Positions 1-12,637 of a stretch of 64,000 nucleotides of DNA are shown piece after piece. Positions within the stretch are counted from its first letter, which is position 1. Each line of letters opens with the position of its first letter. Location: contig MU008155.1 of assembly GCA_010909165.1 (NCBI GenBank), positions 1,426,001 to 1,490,000 on the forward strand, read 5' to 3'. The translations under genes and the position numbers were made by a program. The DNA comes from Anthoceros angustus (Eukaryota; Plantae; Anthocerotophyta). The notes under the pieces were generated by a model, which was not told the DNA's origin, ran no database searches, and worked only from the letters and a program-made list of their open reading frames with translations.

Positions 1-219
1 TGGGTAGCCAGCAGTCAGTCTCAACCCAGAGCTGATGGAAGCTGACATGAAATTGACCAGTTAAAGAGCGAACCTTGAAAGACATGGGGGAAATAAGATA
101 ACGTGGCACTTTCGGGAAGCTAGAGAGAGAGATCACATGAAAGAAGCTTGGTGGAAAGAGGTGCTACAGAGGGAATAGGGTACCAAGTAAGGTGGAGGTA
201 CCACTAGAGAGCTGATAGC

Positions 220-700
220 TAGGGAGCAACCCACCACCCACTAGAGAGCCCCCACTACCCACTAGAGAGCCGATGGGGAACAACCCACTATCCTCTACAG
301 AGCCAATGGGGGTTCCGATGGGGAACAACCCACCAAAGCACTGATGGGGAACAACCCACTACCCACCATACAACCGATAGGGAACAACCCACTAGAGCAC
401 CGATGGGGAACAACCCACTACCCACCATGGAGCCGATAGGGAACAACCCACTAGAGGGCCTTAGGCCAAGGGGGGCTAACCCCACGAATGTCGATCCCAC
501 GCCGATGGGGAACAACACACTAGAGAGCCGATGGGGAACAATCCACAAGAGGGCCGTAGGCCAAGGGGGGCTACCCCACGAATGTCGATCCCGCGCCGAT
601 GGGGAACAACGCACTAGGGAGCCGATGGGGAACAATCCACAAGAGGGCCGTAGGCCAAGGGGGGCTAGCCCCACGAATGTCGATCTTGTAGCTACCTACA
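220..700. repeat. Degenerate tandem repeat array (core GAGCCGATGGGGAACAACCCACTA, plus three ~95-bp-spaced units containing GGCC(G/T)TAGGCCAAGGGGGGCTA..CCCACGAATGTCGATC)
   Basis: The GAT(G/A)GGGAACAA core recurs about 10 times at 270-640 and once more near 995-1013. ORFs 288..674 and 403..837 simply translate this repeat. Confidence 0.85.
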
Positions 701-1360
701 GCTTTACTCCAAGTATGTCGTGGTCTGAGATAAGAAAAGGCTTACCTACGACTTGCACCGATGATGCCACGTCTTATGCGCTCGTTGCCGTCCTATATCA
801 TAAAATGAGATATGCAGAATCTATGTATTATCGTTAGATGTAGCATCTATGTATTATAGTTTTATAGTTAGATGTGCAACATCTATGTTTCATAAAGATG
901 AGGCTAGATATACTTAGATGTGCAGTGTCTTTGTGTGATAAAATATGTATGGAGACTTTATAAAAAAGAAGAGATGGGAAATCCCATCCACCCTGAGCCG
1001 ATGGGGAACAACCTTGTTTGCGCACCAACCTTTCACTCGTACCAGTCAATCCTCAGACTATACTCTTGCTCTGGGAATTCTACCGGACTTTGTTTCTCAT
1101 ATATTGGGACAATAATATCTTCGTTGACCTGATGCTCTTGATCCGCGTGCAGTGTGAGAATGAGAGTGGTATGGTCTGCACTTGGAGCTGGGCCCACGCC
1201 AAACGTCTCAAGATTCAAAAGATGCAAAAGGTTCTCACTATTAGTTCAAAGTTTTAACAACTAGAAAAAGATGAAAGCTAAGTCAAGATAAGGACATATC
1301 CACATTAAAGAGGTGCACAAAAAGGGTTGAAAATGCCAAAAGGAACCCTTTAAAACAACA

Positions 1361-1467
1361 AAAATATCAAAATAAATACAAAAAGCCACAAACAAATGCC
1401 AAAATTTTAGGGCAAGTGCGTGCACTTGTCGTAAAATGCGCATTTTTTGTATTTATTTTGATATTTT
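1361..1467. repeat. Perfect 24-bp inverted repeat with 59-nt spacer
   Basis: AAAATATCAAAATAAATACAAAAA at 1361-1384 is the reverse complement of TTTTTGTATTTATTTTGATATTTT at 1444-1467. Confidence 0.85.
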
Positions 1468-1599
1468 AGGGAAAAAAATTACACGCACTTGTCTCAAAAA
1501 CTTGGATTTTTTGTATTTTTTAATTTTTTGCTCTCTTTTTTTCTTTCAATGAACCATATGGGAATGCACTAGGACGCATGAACCGTATGGGTTCATGCC

Positions 1600-1900
1600 C
1601 TTAGGGCCTTCTTGACCCCGGGTGCGCGTACTTTGTGTGCACACATGGGGGCAAGGAGGCCCAGGTGCACACACCTGGGCCTTGTCCCTTGGTGTGTGCA
1701 CAAGTGCGCGCACCTGGGCCCTCGTCCCCTAGTGTGTGCACTTGTTCACCCACCTGGGCCCCATTGCGCCTAGGTGCGCACACCTGGGTCTTCTTGCCCC
1801 CGAGTGTGCAAACATGTTTGCGCACATAGATCTTCTTGCTCATTTTGCGCAAACAAGCTTGCACACTATGATGTTGGGTGTGCAAACAAGTTTGCACACT
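1600..1900. repeat. Low-complexity GTGTGCAC/GTGCGCAC/CACCTGGG repeat, probably TE-associated
   Basis: Many short direct and inverted copies of these motifs. The ORFs here are repetitive translations. Confidence 0.6.
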
Positions 1901-4502
1901 TATCTCGTGCTATTCGTTTTCTAACAAAGACGCTTGTATAGGATGAACGGGGGACATGCACAATTAGCAGATAACAGACCGTTCTGATTATCTTCACTTC
2001 AAAATCACGGTGCCCTATCATGGATGCGGCACATTGTGACTAAATGAATATGCAAGGAGTGGCACCGCGAGTTTGAACAACACATTAAAATTAACAAAAA
2101 CCCTCAAAAAAAGCCTAAAGAAAATGAATACGCATTTTTGCCCAAAAAAAGACGGGATTTTAGCCATAACCTATTTTTGCTGGAGAAACCCCTTTCTACC
2201 CAAACGTTGTTAGCATCTATGTTTCATACAGAAAATTGAATACCAATATCAACTTCTCTTCTTGAAACTTAAGTTTGTACCGACTTGCCTCCTGACGAAT
2301 GAAATGTTGTTGTGAGAACATGTGTTAAAGTGATACATGAGGCAATCAAAATATGATACACGAGGTAGCCAAAGTTCTACACGAGGCAGTCAAAGTTCTA
2401 CACGAGGCAGTGAAAGTCCAGCGTCTATGTATTATACTTAGATGTGCAGTGTATGTGTCATAAAGATGAGGTTAGGGGAAGGCCACTATTGGGAAGAGTA
2501 TCCTTTTATCACGAACATTACTATGGATTTTACAGTGGATACTACTTCCGTAGTAAAACGTCAGTAGTAAACACAAAGCATTAGTACCGTGATAAAGTCT
2601 AGTATATCGTATATATTGGCTATACTCTATATTCTATATGAAGAACGTATGGAGTACTTTAATCAAGTATACCATATATTTTAGTTAATCTCTAAATTAT
2701 TATTACCTTTACCACAATATTTCCTACGTTGAACAACTACGGACTTTACTACGGGCTTTATTACGGTTAAAAATAATAGTTAGTTGACTGAGGATAATTA
2801 ACTATAACATATTAATTGTGGTTAAATGAGTGGGTTTCATTAACCACATATTGACCATAATTAATTAATCACGGTTAATAACCCTAAAGTCCGTTGTAAA
2901 GTCCTGTAGGGTCCCGTTGTACAGCCCTCCATTGTAGAAAAAGATCTCATAGTAAAATTCTATAGTAAAAGTCCGTAGTAAAATTTATAGTCCATAATAA
3001 AATTCTATAGAAAAAGTCTATAGTAAAATTCTTAGTAGTGAAATCCCTGTAGTAAACGGAATATAGCAAAAGTTTGGCTGGAAAGTGTTGTGAAAGTCTT
3101 AAGCGGTGTAGTAATTCTTAGGGGAGTGGGGAGAGGGGTAGGAGAAAGGAGAGGGAGGGGAGAGGAGGGAGAGGGGGAAGAGGGAGTGAGGGAGGACAAT
3201 TCTAAAAAACCAATGTTTGCAGATCTAGGCTACATCCTCCGAGCGTACCACACTTGCAACTCCGCTCCTTCAGTTTATTCAATACACAAGAGTTGTCCTC
3301 TCTAGCCAGCCTCCTTCTTCACATTGTTCCGCTAATGCTTCATATTAGTGCCAAAAAATTGCAATACATTGGCCTCAAATGACCAAGGACCAGAAATAGT
3401 TTGCTTGATGCATTGTTCAACATGAACCACAGTGGCTTCAGTTTGATTCCAAAAAACACTAATGAGAGGATTGTAGAGCACCAGATGGTAAAATGCACCC
3501 TATCCTTCATATCACGACATCTAATTACTTACTAAAGATGAGGTTAGATGTGCTAAAGATGAGGTTAGGGGAAGGATTAAGGGAAGGCTGGATGTCTCAC
3601 AGTAGCATGCCTATGAAGGACTTTGATTGCCTCATGAAGGACTTTGTCTGCCTTGTGTAGGACTTTGTAACTATGTGCAGTGTTTACGTATCATAGTTAG
3701 ATGTGCAGCATAGGAGTAACGGAAACTTGCGATGAAAATTGGCCTGGCTTCCTACGTGACACACACACTAATTGAGAATTGTGAGCTTGTTCTTTGTGAA
3801 AAGGTCTACATATACTGGTCCTTGGCATCAGCATATTCTTAAGATATCCTATTGGCATCTTCATATGCTGAAAATATCCTAAGAATACACTATAATATGC
3901 AAGAAATATCCTAAAGCATATTACTTATGCTTATCCACTTGGATATTGCTAACCATGTTTAATGAACACTAATAAATTCATATTTAACATAAGTACTTTA
4001 GATTAATTAATTCTAATTACTTACTAAAGATGAGTGATTATATTAATTAAAACTAATCAAACGCTAAACCCAAGTGCTCAATTTAGTGTCACACAGCATG
4101 AAAGCATCAATAAAAAGTGTGAAGGGGCAGGCTTTGCAAGCTTGCGCGTCTACAACAGTTAACACACACATAGTACAACGGGAAACGCCTTGTTGTTTTG
4201 TGGCCTTGAAATTAATTACCAAATGTGGGCGGATCAGCAGGGAGGCACCTTCTCACTATTATCCCAAACTAGATTCTGATTGTTGGGCACCATAAGTGGT
4301 GCTATATAAGCTCTAGGTGGAGCTAGTTTGTGTTCCCCAAACATTTTCAACCAATGCCAAGCATTGTGACTGCAATCCTCTGACCATGGCCCATAGATGA
4401 AGTCCTTCCTCAGGTTCCCATGTAGTATATGACTTAGGATACCCTTTCCAAAGGACAAGGAATTGCAACTGTTAGGGTTTCCTGGGATGGCTGGCTGAGA
4501 AG

Positions 4503-4572
4503 TGATTCCACTTCGAACTCATGCTAAGTGTGATAAATGATTCCACTTCGAACTCAGGCTGAGTGTGATAAG
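4503..4572. repeat. 2 x 35-bp tandem repeat
   Basis: TGATTCCACTTCGAACTCA(T/G)GCT(A/G)AGTGTGATAA starts at 4503 and 4538. Confidence 0.85.
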
Positions 4573-4995
4573 CTGAGGCGGTGGGCAAGGTGGAGGGTCT
4601 CCTAGATATAGTCTAAGGAGGGATGTATGAAGAACATCATGCACTTGCCATGTTGGTGGAATCTAAAGTTGATAAGCTGCAAGATAATTAATGACAACAT
4701 AAACTTTTGTCTCCATAGCAAGCAGGACTCACTAGCAACCATGACTTTCTTGCGTGGGTGTACCTGCAATGAATCTCAATAGCAAGGAATGAAAGAATGA
4801 CCATGCCGCATGACATTTATTCGTGAACCTCAGCCGCCCAACCCGGTGTGAGGAGTAAGTGCATATATGTGGATGCTAAATATTATGGTAATAAGTAGCA
4901 TATGTAGGTCTCTATACATATCGAAATTTTCCTGCTGAGGAGGCAGGCGAGTCCGACGTTGGCGTTGAGCCCCGTCCCCGGTTCAGCAGGGAGGG

Positions 4996-7900
4996 ATGGC
5001 CTTGGTGCCTGCTCAGCCGTGGGAGCTAGTGTTGGAGTATACAAGGGCTGCGGTGACGCGACAAGCGCATCCTTTTCAGTGGTCCAGGGATATAGCGGCG
5101 ATTCTTCATGGATCACACAGTCCAGTTCCCAGTTTAGAGCTGGGACGTGTCCTGACGCAGCACCTATGTAGCTCTCTTTATAGTTCCGGAGCCTGGCAGT
5201 ATCTGCAGCATGCCATGAGCTTCCTTCTCGTGGCTCCGGTGCACGTCATCGCGCTGCTCACGGCTAAGTATGTGGGGCTGTGTGAGCAATTCTGCCCACG
5301 TCGTGCAATGAAGAATTTTCATGGAGTACGAGAAGATTTCCAGCGTTCAGTTGTTGAATTGTTGCGTCTGGGTGTCTGTGCAGAATAATTCCACTTCGGC
5401 AGCAGCAACCAGACTTGTACACAAGCTACCTTGATCTCACTAGCATACATGTCTTCTCACTTGCCGCGGCAAAAACTCACCCGGAAGTGGACAGGTCTAA
5501 TTGGCTTGTTTCTCAACCAGGCTTGTAGCATGTGCACCTAATTGGGTCTTGCGCTTTTCTTATCTACCTTGTGTGGTCACTAGTTTCCGTATTGTTCAGG
5601 CTTGCGAAGGCTTTGGATGAAGCACTCCAACTCTCAGCTTGTCGAGACGTTCCTACCTCTGAACTGGGGGTCGTACTAGTCCACTTCCTGTTCACATTAA
5701 TCAACAGGCTAGCGGAAGCAACGGCTGAAGACTGGTCTGGTCGACCCGACTCACAAAACAAGTTAGGAACTCAGGGATTTCAAAATCAAGCCATGGACCC
5801 CGAAGGGGATATGGATGATCAGGTCAGGGAAGACCTTGAGCAGGTAAAACGGTCAAATGGGATCAAGGCTATTGATCTTATCTCAAAATTGATGGAGAGC
5901 CACAAAACCGCAGCGCTGATCCGTCTTGCGCGAAGAAACTTGTGAGCGTTTCCTCACATTAAGACCTGGCAGCATCATGCTAAGCAGTTGCGTGTAGGTG
6001 GGAGCAGTTGCTACCGCTTTTGGGGCCGCTCACCTCATTCTCTGCTGTGCTTGTTTTCAGGACTGAGAAGTGGCACCATCTGACAAAACGACTGCAGTTG
6101 TTGGAGGCACTGTCACGTGATGCCTCGTCCGCAGCACCTAAAGAATCTAATGAAGCTCTTGCAAGGCTAGCTTCTGCTCTACAGCATTGTCTTCAACGAG
6201 AATGGAGGCCAATCAATATGCCAGTGATCAGAGCTTTGTTAGAAACCCGCACATCGTCACTGTATGGTCCAGGGTACAATGTATCCAACAACGTGTCCAA
6301 CAATGTGTGCAACCGCCCTGCTTGGCTCCCTTTTGATATATACATGGAAGATGCTATGGAGGGAATGAGGCTTCCAGCAAGATCTGCTGCTCTGTGCTTG
6401 GCAGGTGTGTGTCCTCTGGGATGGGGGTGAGCATCAGTCTTTTGTAATGCTATGATCAGCTTGCACAGACTATATGACCTGCGTTGCGTGTGTGGTTTTG
6501 TAGACTTAATGAGATCCATGCAGCAAATTCAGTGTGCCTCTTGGCAGGACACATTTCTTGCAGTGTGGACTGCTGCCCTGCGCCTCGTGCATCGGGTAGG
6601 TCTGGGCCTTCACCCGTGCATTGATTTGTGGTAGACTGCATGAAACACGAGCTGATATTCTGTTTACGGATCCAGGACCGTGAGCGGATTGACGGACCCA
6701 AGCCTCAGTTTGAGTCTCGTTTCTGTATGCTACTGTCACTTGTACCTCTTGCGGCTGGCGTTGTCATTGAAGAAGAAGAGAAGGCACTGCAACGACCAGA
6801 GGGTTCCTCTGGAACAGGGGAGGAGAAAGAAAGAAAAGTCACTAGTAACCGCCGTATGTCATTTGGGAAAAGTTTGCAAGCCCTTGGACAACTGGAGTCC
6901 CTGCTCCATCCCCATCCAAACACTGCTGCTGCTGCTAATCAGGCAGCCGCAGCAGCTGCCACATTTGTTTCCACTCTCACAAATGGATCCACCTCTCGTG
7001 AAGGATTAGTAGAAAACTCAAACTCTAAACCGGCAGGTCAGGAACTTGCAGGAGGTGCTGCACTGCTTGGGCTGCTGATTTGAGGCGCATCTGAACTGCT
7101 TCGGTGGAACATAGTGTTGTCCTTTTTTGGGTTTTCTTTATGGTGAGGTCGCTGCTGACTTTTTCGTCCACTCTATTTTTGCAGCTGGTAACCTTCGGCA
7201 TCTTATTGTCGAAAGCTGCATTGCTAGGGGTTTGTTAGACACTTCTGCATACTTTTGGCCAGGGATGACAGCTTCAATAACAAGTACTCCTAATCAGTCA
7301 TCAACAGTTGCACCGACACCTTGGACAATGTTTATGGACGGTGCAGCGCTTTCAGGATCCTTGCGCTCATCTCTCATATCAACCCCAGCTGGAAGGTGTG
7401 CACATTTTGTAAACGTAGTCATGCATTGGCTGTGAAAAACAGCAGAGGAGCTTTCTGTTTGTTTGAAAATAATGAGCGTTTTCCCAACATGTTTGCACTG
7501 TGTATTGAAGTCTAGCGGAGCTCGAGAAAGTGTATAATCTAGCCATAAACGGACCAGAGGAGGATAGAAGTGCTGCTGCCAGCATTCTTTGTGGGGCATC
7601 ATTATTAACGGGGTGGAAAATCCAGGCATGCACCAACCTCCTTGCATATTTATGATTGAATGATATGTGACCAATTCTGTCTCTTTCTCATGACTCCTGG
7701 CCTGTTTAAGGTATCTTGGATCAAAACTTCTCTTCGACCTCTGAATCGAGTGCATATCATGGTTGCAGGAACATGCTGTAAGATTAGCAGTTGGGTTGCT
7801 ATCACCACCTGCCCCTGATACCAGGAATGGTGGGAGCTATTTGATATCATATGCACCAATGCTTTTGGCTACTCTTGTAGCATTGGGAAATGTTGAAGTT

Positions 7901-10275
7901 GTTGATATACTTTCACTCTATGGCATGGTACTGTCTATCACCCTCAAGTTGACCTTTCACCTAGGAGGGTTTCTCAGGTTTTTGTATCTGAGATGCTGAT
8001 TGTGACTGGTCTGTCTTGTTTCTTGAATGGATCTTTTGCAGTTTCCAGAACTGGCAGAGAACTTGCTTCCGATTTGTGAGGTTTTTGGGGCTCTTCCTGC
8101 CAAGCCAGCTGCCACAAGCCCTGGAGAAGATGCCTCTGTGTACTCTGTTTTCTCCAGTGCCTTCCTTTTGCTGCTTAGGCTTTGGAAGTTCCATCGACCA
8201 CCTTCTGAGCACTGTTTGCTGGGCAGTGGTGCTCCGATAGGTGCAGAGATGAATCTTGAATATCTTTTGCAGTTACGCAATTCACAGCTTATCTCGTCAT
8301 CATCATGCACCGACAGGACGTCCAAGTCATTCTCCTCCCCAAAAGGGTCCTCTTCTAGTTCTAACTCTGGAGGACCTCAGCTGGTATCTCTTGATTCATA
8401 CCCCAAGCTAAAAGGTTGGTATGTGCAGCACAGTGCCTGCATTGCTGCCCCTCTGTCTGGCTCGGAAGGGACAGATCCACTTCAGCAACATGTCGAAAGG
8501 CTGCTTTCTCTGATTTTCAAGAAACAAGCAAAAAGTGGCAGCTCATCCAGCTCAAGCGGTGTTATAACCACTGGGGATGACATATCTGGAAGGGCAGTGT
8601 TACCTGCGTGGGACATCATAACTGCAACCCCTTTGTTGGTGCATTCTATGCTACAAGCATGTGCGTATGGAAAGCTGGCTCCTCGAGATTTGACCACAGG
8701 TTGTTCTCCTATATCCATGGCTGGATTCTTTGCCTTTTCCTTGAAGGATGTCATCATGATCTCTTGTCTCTTGTGGCAGGACTCAGGGAGTTGGTAGACT
8801 ATCTTCCAGCAACTGTGGCAACAATTGTGAGCTACTTCACAGCAGAAATCACCAGGGGCGTTTGGGATCCAGCATCCATGAATGGTAGTGAATGGCCCAG
8901 TCCGGCAGCTCATCTCTCAACAATTGAATCTGAAATCCAGGAGATTTTAACCTCAGTCGGAGTGCAAGTACCAAGCAATATTACCGGTGTGTAAAGTGTT
9001 TTGCTGAGAGTGTTTTGGTGTGAGAGTCGGAGTAACAAACGCTCCTTCTTTGGTGTACACACAGTTTGTTGATCAAATAGGCTGTCTAACATTCACGCTC
9101 AATTTTTGTATGCAGCCACAACACCTTCGTGTGGACCTGCCTCGCTGCCACTTCCTCTTGCAGCCTTGGTTAGCCTCACCATCACGTTCAAGCATGACAA
9201 GTCGTTGCCACTAAACATTGCTGGTTTGGCTCTGGAGTATGCTGCAGGCGGAAGCCCATGGCCTAGTATGCCTGTGTCTGTTGCTCTCTGGGCCCAGAAA
9301 GTGCCAAGGTATCATGATTATACGGTATTTGTGGGAACAAAATCGGTGTTCAAGCAAAGCAATGTAGCTGTGGCCCAGCTTTTGAGAAGCTGCTTTGCTG
9401 CAACTCTTGGAGCACCCTCCTCCCCTTTCACCAAAGTTTCAACGCAGGGAGGTGTAGGAGCCCTTCTGGGTGAGGGTAACCATAGCTCCAACAGTGGAAG
9501 GCCAACAATATTTCCTGGGGTGCTTTACTTGAGGGCATATCCTGTCATCCATGATATCACCTTCTTGAGTGATGAGATACTTGTTCTTGTTGCTGCGGCA
9601 GCAAGAGAGTTGGCCACAGGAGCAGCTAGGGACTTGGCCCAAAATGCAGCCAGAGAGCAGGGTGTGGATGGGGACGGCGTAAGAAAAAGGGCGAGGACGT
9701 CTGTTCACCCTTCCTTGACAAGTGCGATGGCCAAGGTAACACAAGCGACAGCTCTCGGGGCCTCTCTCTTATTTGTCTCAGGTGGGAATACTCTGGCCCA
9801 AGTGCTCTACTTCCAGACATTGCCAACATGGTTCATGTCCGTCACTGGGTTCAAGGGAATAGACAATGCTCGGAGGGGGCCAGGTGCCAGTATTTTAGAA
9901 GGATACGCAATAGCACATTTTGCTCTGTTATCTGGTATGCTCACCTGGGGAGTATCCGTCCTCGACGATTCAACAGACAGAAAGAGGACATTGGCCACGC
10001 ATATGGATTTCATAGCTAAGGGATTAGAAGCTAAACTTGCCATCGGTTGCGAGCACGCGTACTGGAGGGCATATGTCATCGGTTATTTGGGTTTCATGGT
10101 CACCTGTGCCCCGACCTGGATTGTAGATATCCCGCAAGAAACATTACTTGTTTTAGCTAGGCATTTGCGATTATGGCATGAGCCTGAACTTGCGGTGGCT
10201 CTTTTAGAACGAGGTGGCTCGCCGTGCCTGTCAGCCACAGCCGAATTGGCATTGCGCTCTTCCAACCACAATTGA
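4996..10275 (+). CDS. MED33: Mediator of RNA polymerase II transcription subunit 33 (MED33/MED5, REF4/RFR1 family), multi-exon
   Basis: Spliced ORF fragments carry MED33 motifs: WELVLEYT..P.QW..PSLEL, WLPFDIYMEDAM, SWQDTFLAVWTAALRLV.R.R..IDGP.P, GNLRHLIVESCIARGLLDTSAYFWPG, FSSAFLLLLRLWKF.RPP.EH, LAPRDLTTGLRELVDYLPA..ATIVSYFTAEITRGVW.PASMNGSEWPSPAA, WPSMP...ALWAQKV, WHEPELAVALLERGG. Stop at 10273-10275. Confidence 0.93.
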
Positions 10276-10576
10276 TGGTTTGTCTGAAGAGGTAAGAAAT
10301 AATGGGAAATGCGCCTCCACTTCACCAGCGTCGCCTCAAATTCTCTGTGCAGAGATGACCTAACGGCAGTTCAGAACATACTCTCTTGAAGTCCCCCCGT
10401 CCCCGATCGATCTTCGTGAGGTCCTAGGTTCATCCAGCGCCGGTAGAGAAGTCAGATCACAGTGATCAAGCCCTATGCCATCCGATTCCGATTGATTATC
10501 ACTTCGGCCCTCCACATCCTGCAAGCCACGTACCGATTCCCCATGTTTGTCGTGGTCGAATAATTTGTGGACAGGC

Positions 10577-12637
10577 CTAGGGTATGGTACTCTCACTTTC
10601 CAAAGCTACGATCATCTCCAGTCTTTCTTTCACCTATCAGACGAGACAAATAGTGAGCATCGGATTTCCTCAAAGAGACGACGTTCTCCCACCAAACTAC
10701 TTTATTTGTCTTAGTCGAAAGCACCTTAAGTAGCTGCAAATTCAGGTGGCCATCTCTGATGTCTTCCATGGGCAACCTGTCTTCTTGAGGTGGGGATGAA
10801 GGAAACGTCTGCTCCTCCTGCATCAAGAATACCATGCAGCACATGGAGCAGCCTTGATGATACGTAGGCTGGCTTAAGTTACCAAAAGACTGGAACCAAG
10901 AAATGCAGACTTTTTGCATGGCTGCAGCTGTTAGTAAACGCTTGAGTCACACCCATCCTTACAGTGAAAGATCCAGCGATTCCTTGGTGGCCCGGCCTGT
11001 CACTCGAACGGATTCGCTCATCTTCCCTTGCTCCTTTTCGTAGGCCCCTTCCGCGTGGCATCTTGTTGTTAGCATCAAGATCTGCCTCCTTCGGCTGCCC
11101 AGACTCAGTCAAGCTGTCAAACCTGGATGGGACTCACAGGATCAAGACCATGTTTGACACCTCGGGGAAACAGTTCCAGAGTTTCTGGCACAAGAAAACT
11201 GGGCCAAAATCTCATACCACTCCCGTGGAATTCCTGCCTGCGCACGAGCCTCGTAATTGAATGGGCCCCTTACTTGAACATTGTACGCCTCCATCACTCC
11301 TGGAAGAGAATTGTTTCAATGCCAGACAGTCATCTACATACACGGGGGAGAACGCTGCGGGACAAAGGCGAGGATTACCCTTAAAACTGAGTTCCGGGTT
11401 GATGCCTAGTTTCCTGCAAATCGCTTGAAACCAGGACACCCCAACGGCAACATGTGCCAACTCCTCGTCAACAATCTTTTGGACAATGCCAGCAGATCTG
11501 GGATCTCCAATCTGCATGAGCTTTTCCACCAGTCTTGGCCCAGCATCCAACCCTCTAGCCTCCTACGAAACAACGGAGGATAAGCTTTCCTCTGCACATG
11601 TGCAAGCTTCAGCCAGGCATCTAAGAACAGAAGTAGTACAACACCTTACCTGCGTCATAGGGATCACAGCCAGGCGTGCTGCCACATCCCCTGATGTCTT
11701 TTGACAGTCCTTCCACAGCAAATTATGTGCCGGAATGTCTCCATAGCTGGACAAGATGCACATCGACAATGAGGACCTTGTCCAGCTTCTCCAGCAAAGG
11801 TGGAGAAAACAACAACAACAACTAAGACAGAGGTACCTGTAACCTACTTCCTTCAGACGCTGGAGGCACCATCCCAGATGTCTGCTCTCGTCGTCCGCTA
11901 CATGAGCAAAATCTGTGAAAAACTGCACCCCTAACTCCTCACTTTGCATCGAGAACCTCACAACGGTGTCCCACGCAAGGTCAATGGCATTCAGCTCGAT
12001 ATGGGCCAGGTTGTGCAGCAGGTGTGCATTGGCGGGCAAAGGCGAGCTCTTCAACAAGGTTACATCCCTTGGGTGGACCTGCACACAATGCACGATCTCA
12101 GCTCCAAGCAACAAGAACAGGATCCAGAATCACAAAACAAGCAGGGCTGTAATACGGAGAATGGGTTCACCATTCACCAACCAATTCTGGCTTCAAGGGC
12201 CTGCCAGGAGCGTCCGGAGCTGCAGCAAAACCCAAGCCCAGAGCCCCTCCAGACCACAGCTGGAATGCCTGGTGTGTCAGAAGCGACTTCTGGAGCGGGC
12301 AAGAGGTTGTCAGAACAAGCGCTCCCCATTCTGCCAGAGAGCGCAGGCCATCGGGAGCTTCACCTGGCATCCCCAAATCGTACCCGTGCCCGTACCCTTC
12401 AGGTTCCAACCTGGCCGGCCCATGGGTCCCCCACAATCGATCCTCATTCACGGCCGCCGACCGCCAGGCCTCCAGGCCGCTCCAGTCCGAGGAGCAGACG
12501 GTGGCAGCGAGACTGCACTGAACCCACCTGGAGCCGCCTCGGAGGCGGGGCAACCACATCGAAACGGCAATGGACTGGGATCTAAAGAAGCCAACAGGAG
12601 GCACAGGAGCGAACGTCAGCACGGTCGATTCAGCCAT
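10577..12637 (-). CDS. DUF455 family ferritin-like (putative di-iron) protein with transit-peptide-like N-terminus, multi-exon
   Basis: Motifs: P.RP.KPELV, LHNLAHIELNAIDLAWDTVVRF, FAHVADDESRH, YGDIPAHNLLW, ARLAVIPM.QEARGLDAGPRL, EELAHVAVGV.WF, GPFNYEAR..AGIPREW. The final exon reads VKERLEMIVALESESTIP* with stop at 10577-10579. ATG at 12637. Confidence 0.88.

Noticed and set aside
288-837. ORFs of 128 and 144 aa
   Set aside because: Translations of the tandem repeat.
3300-4460. Minus-strand peptides each containing GPWS, possibly decayed DNA-transposon ORFs
   Set aside because: Interrupted by stops and not assignable without a search.
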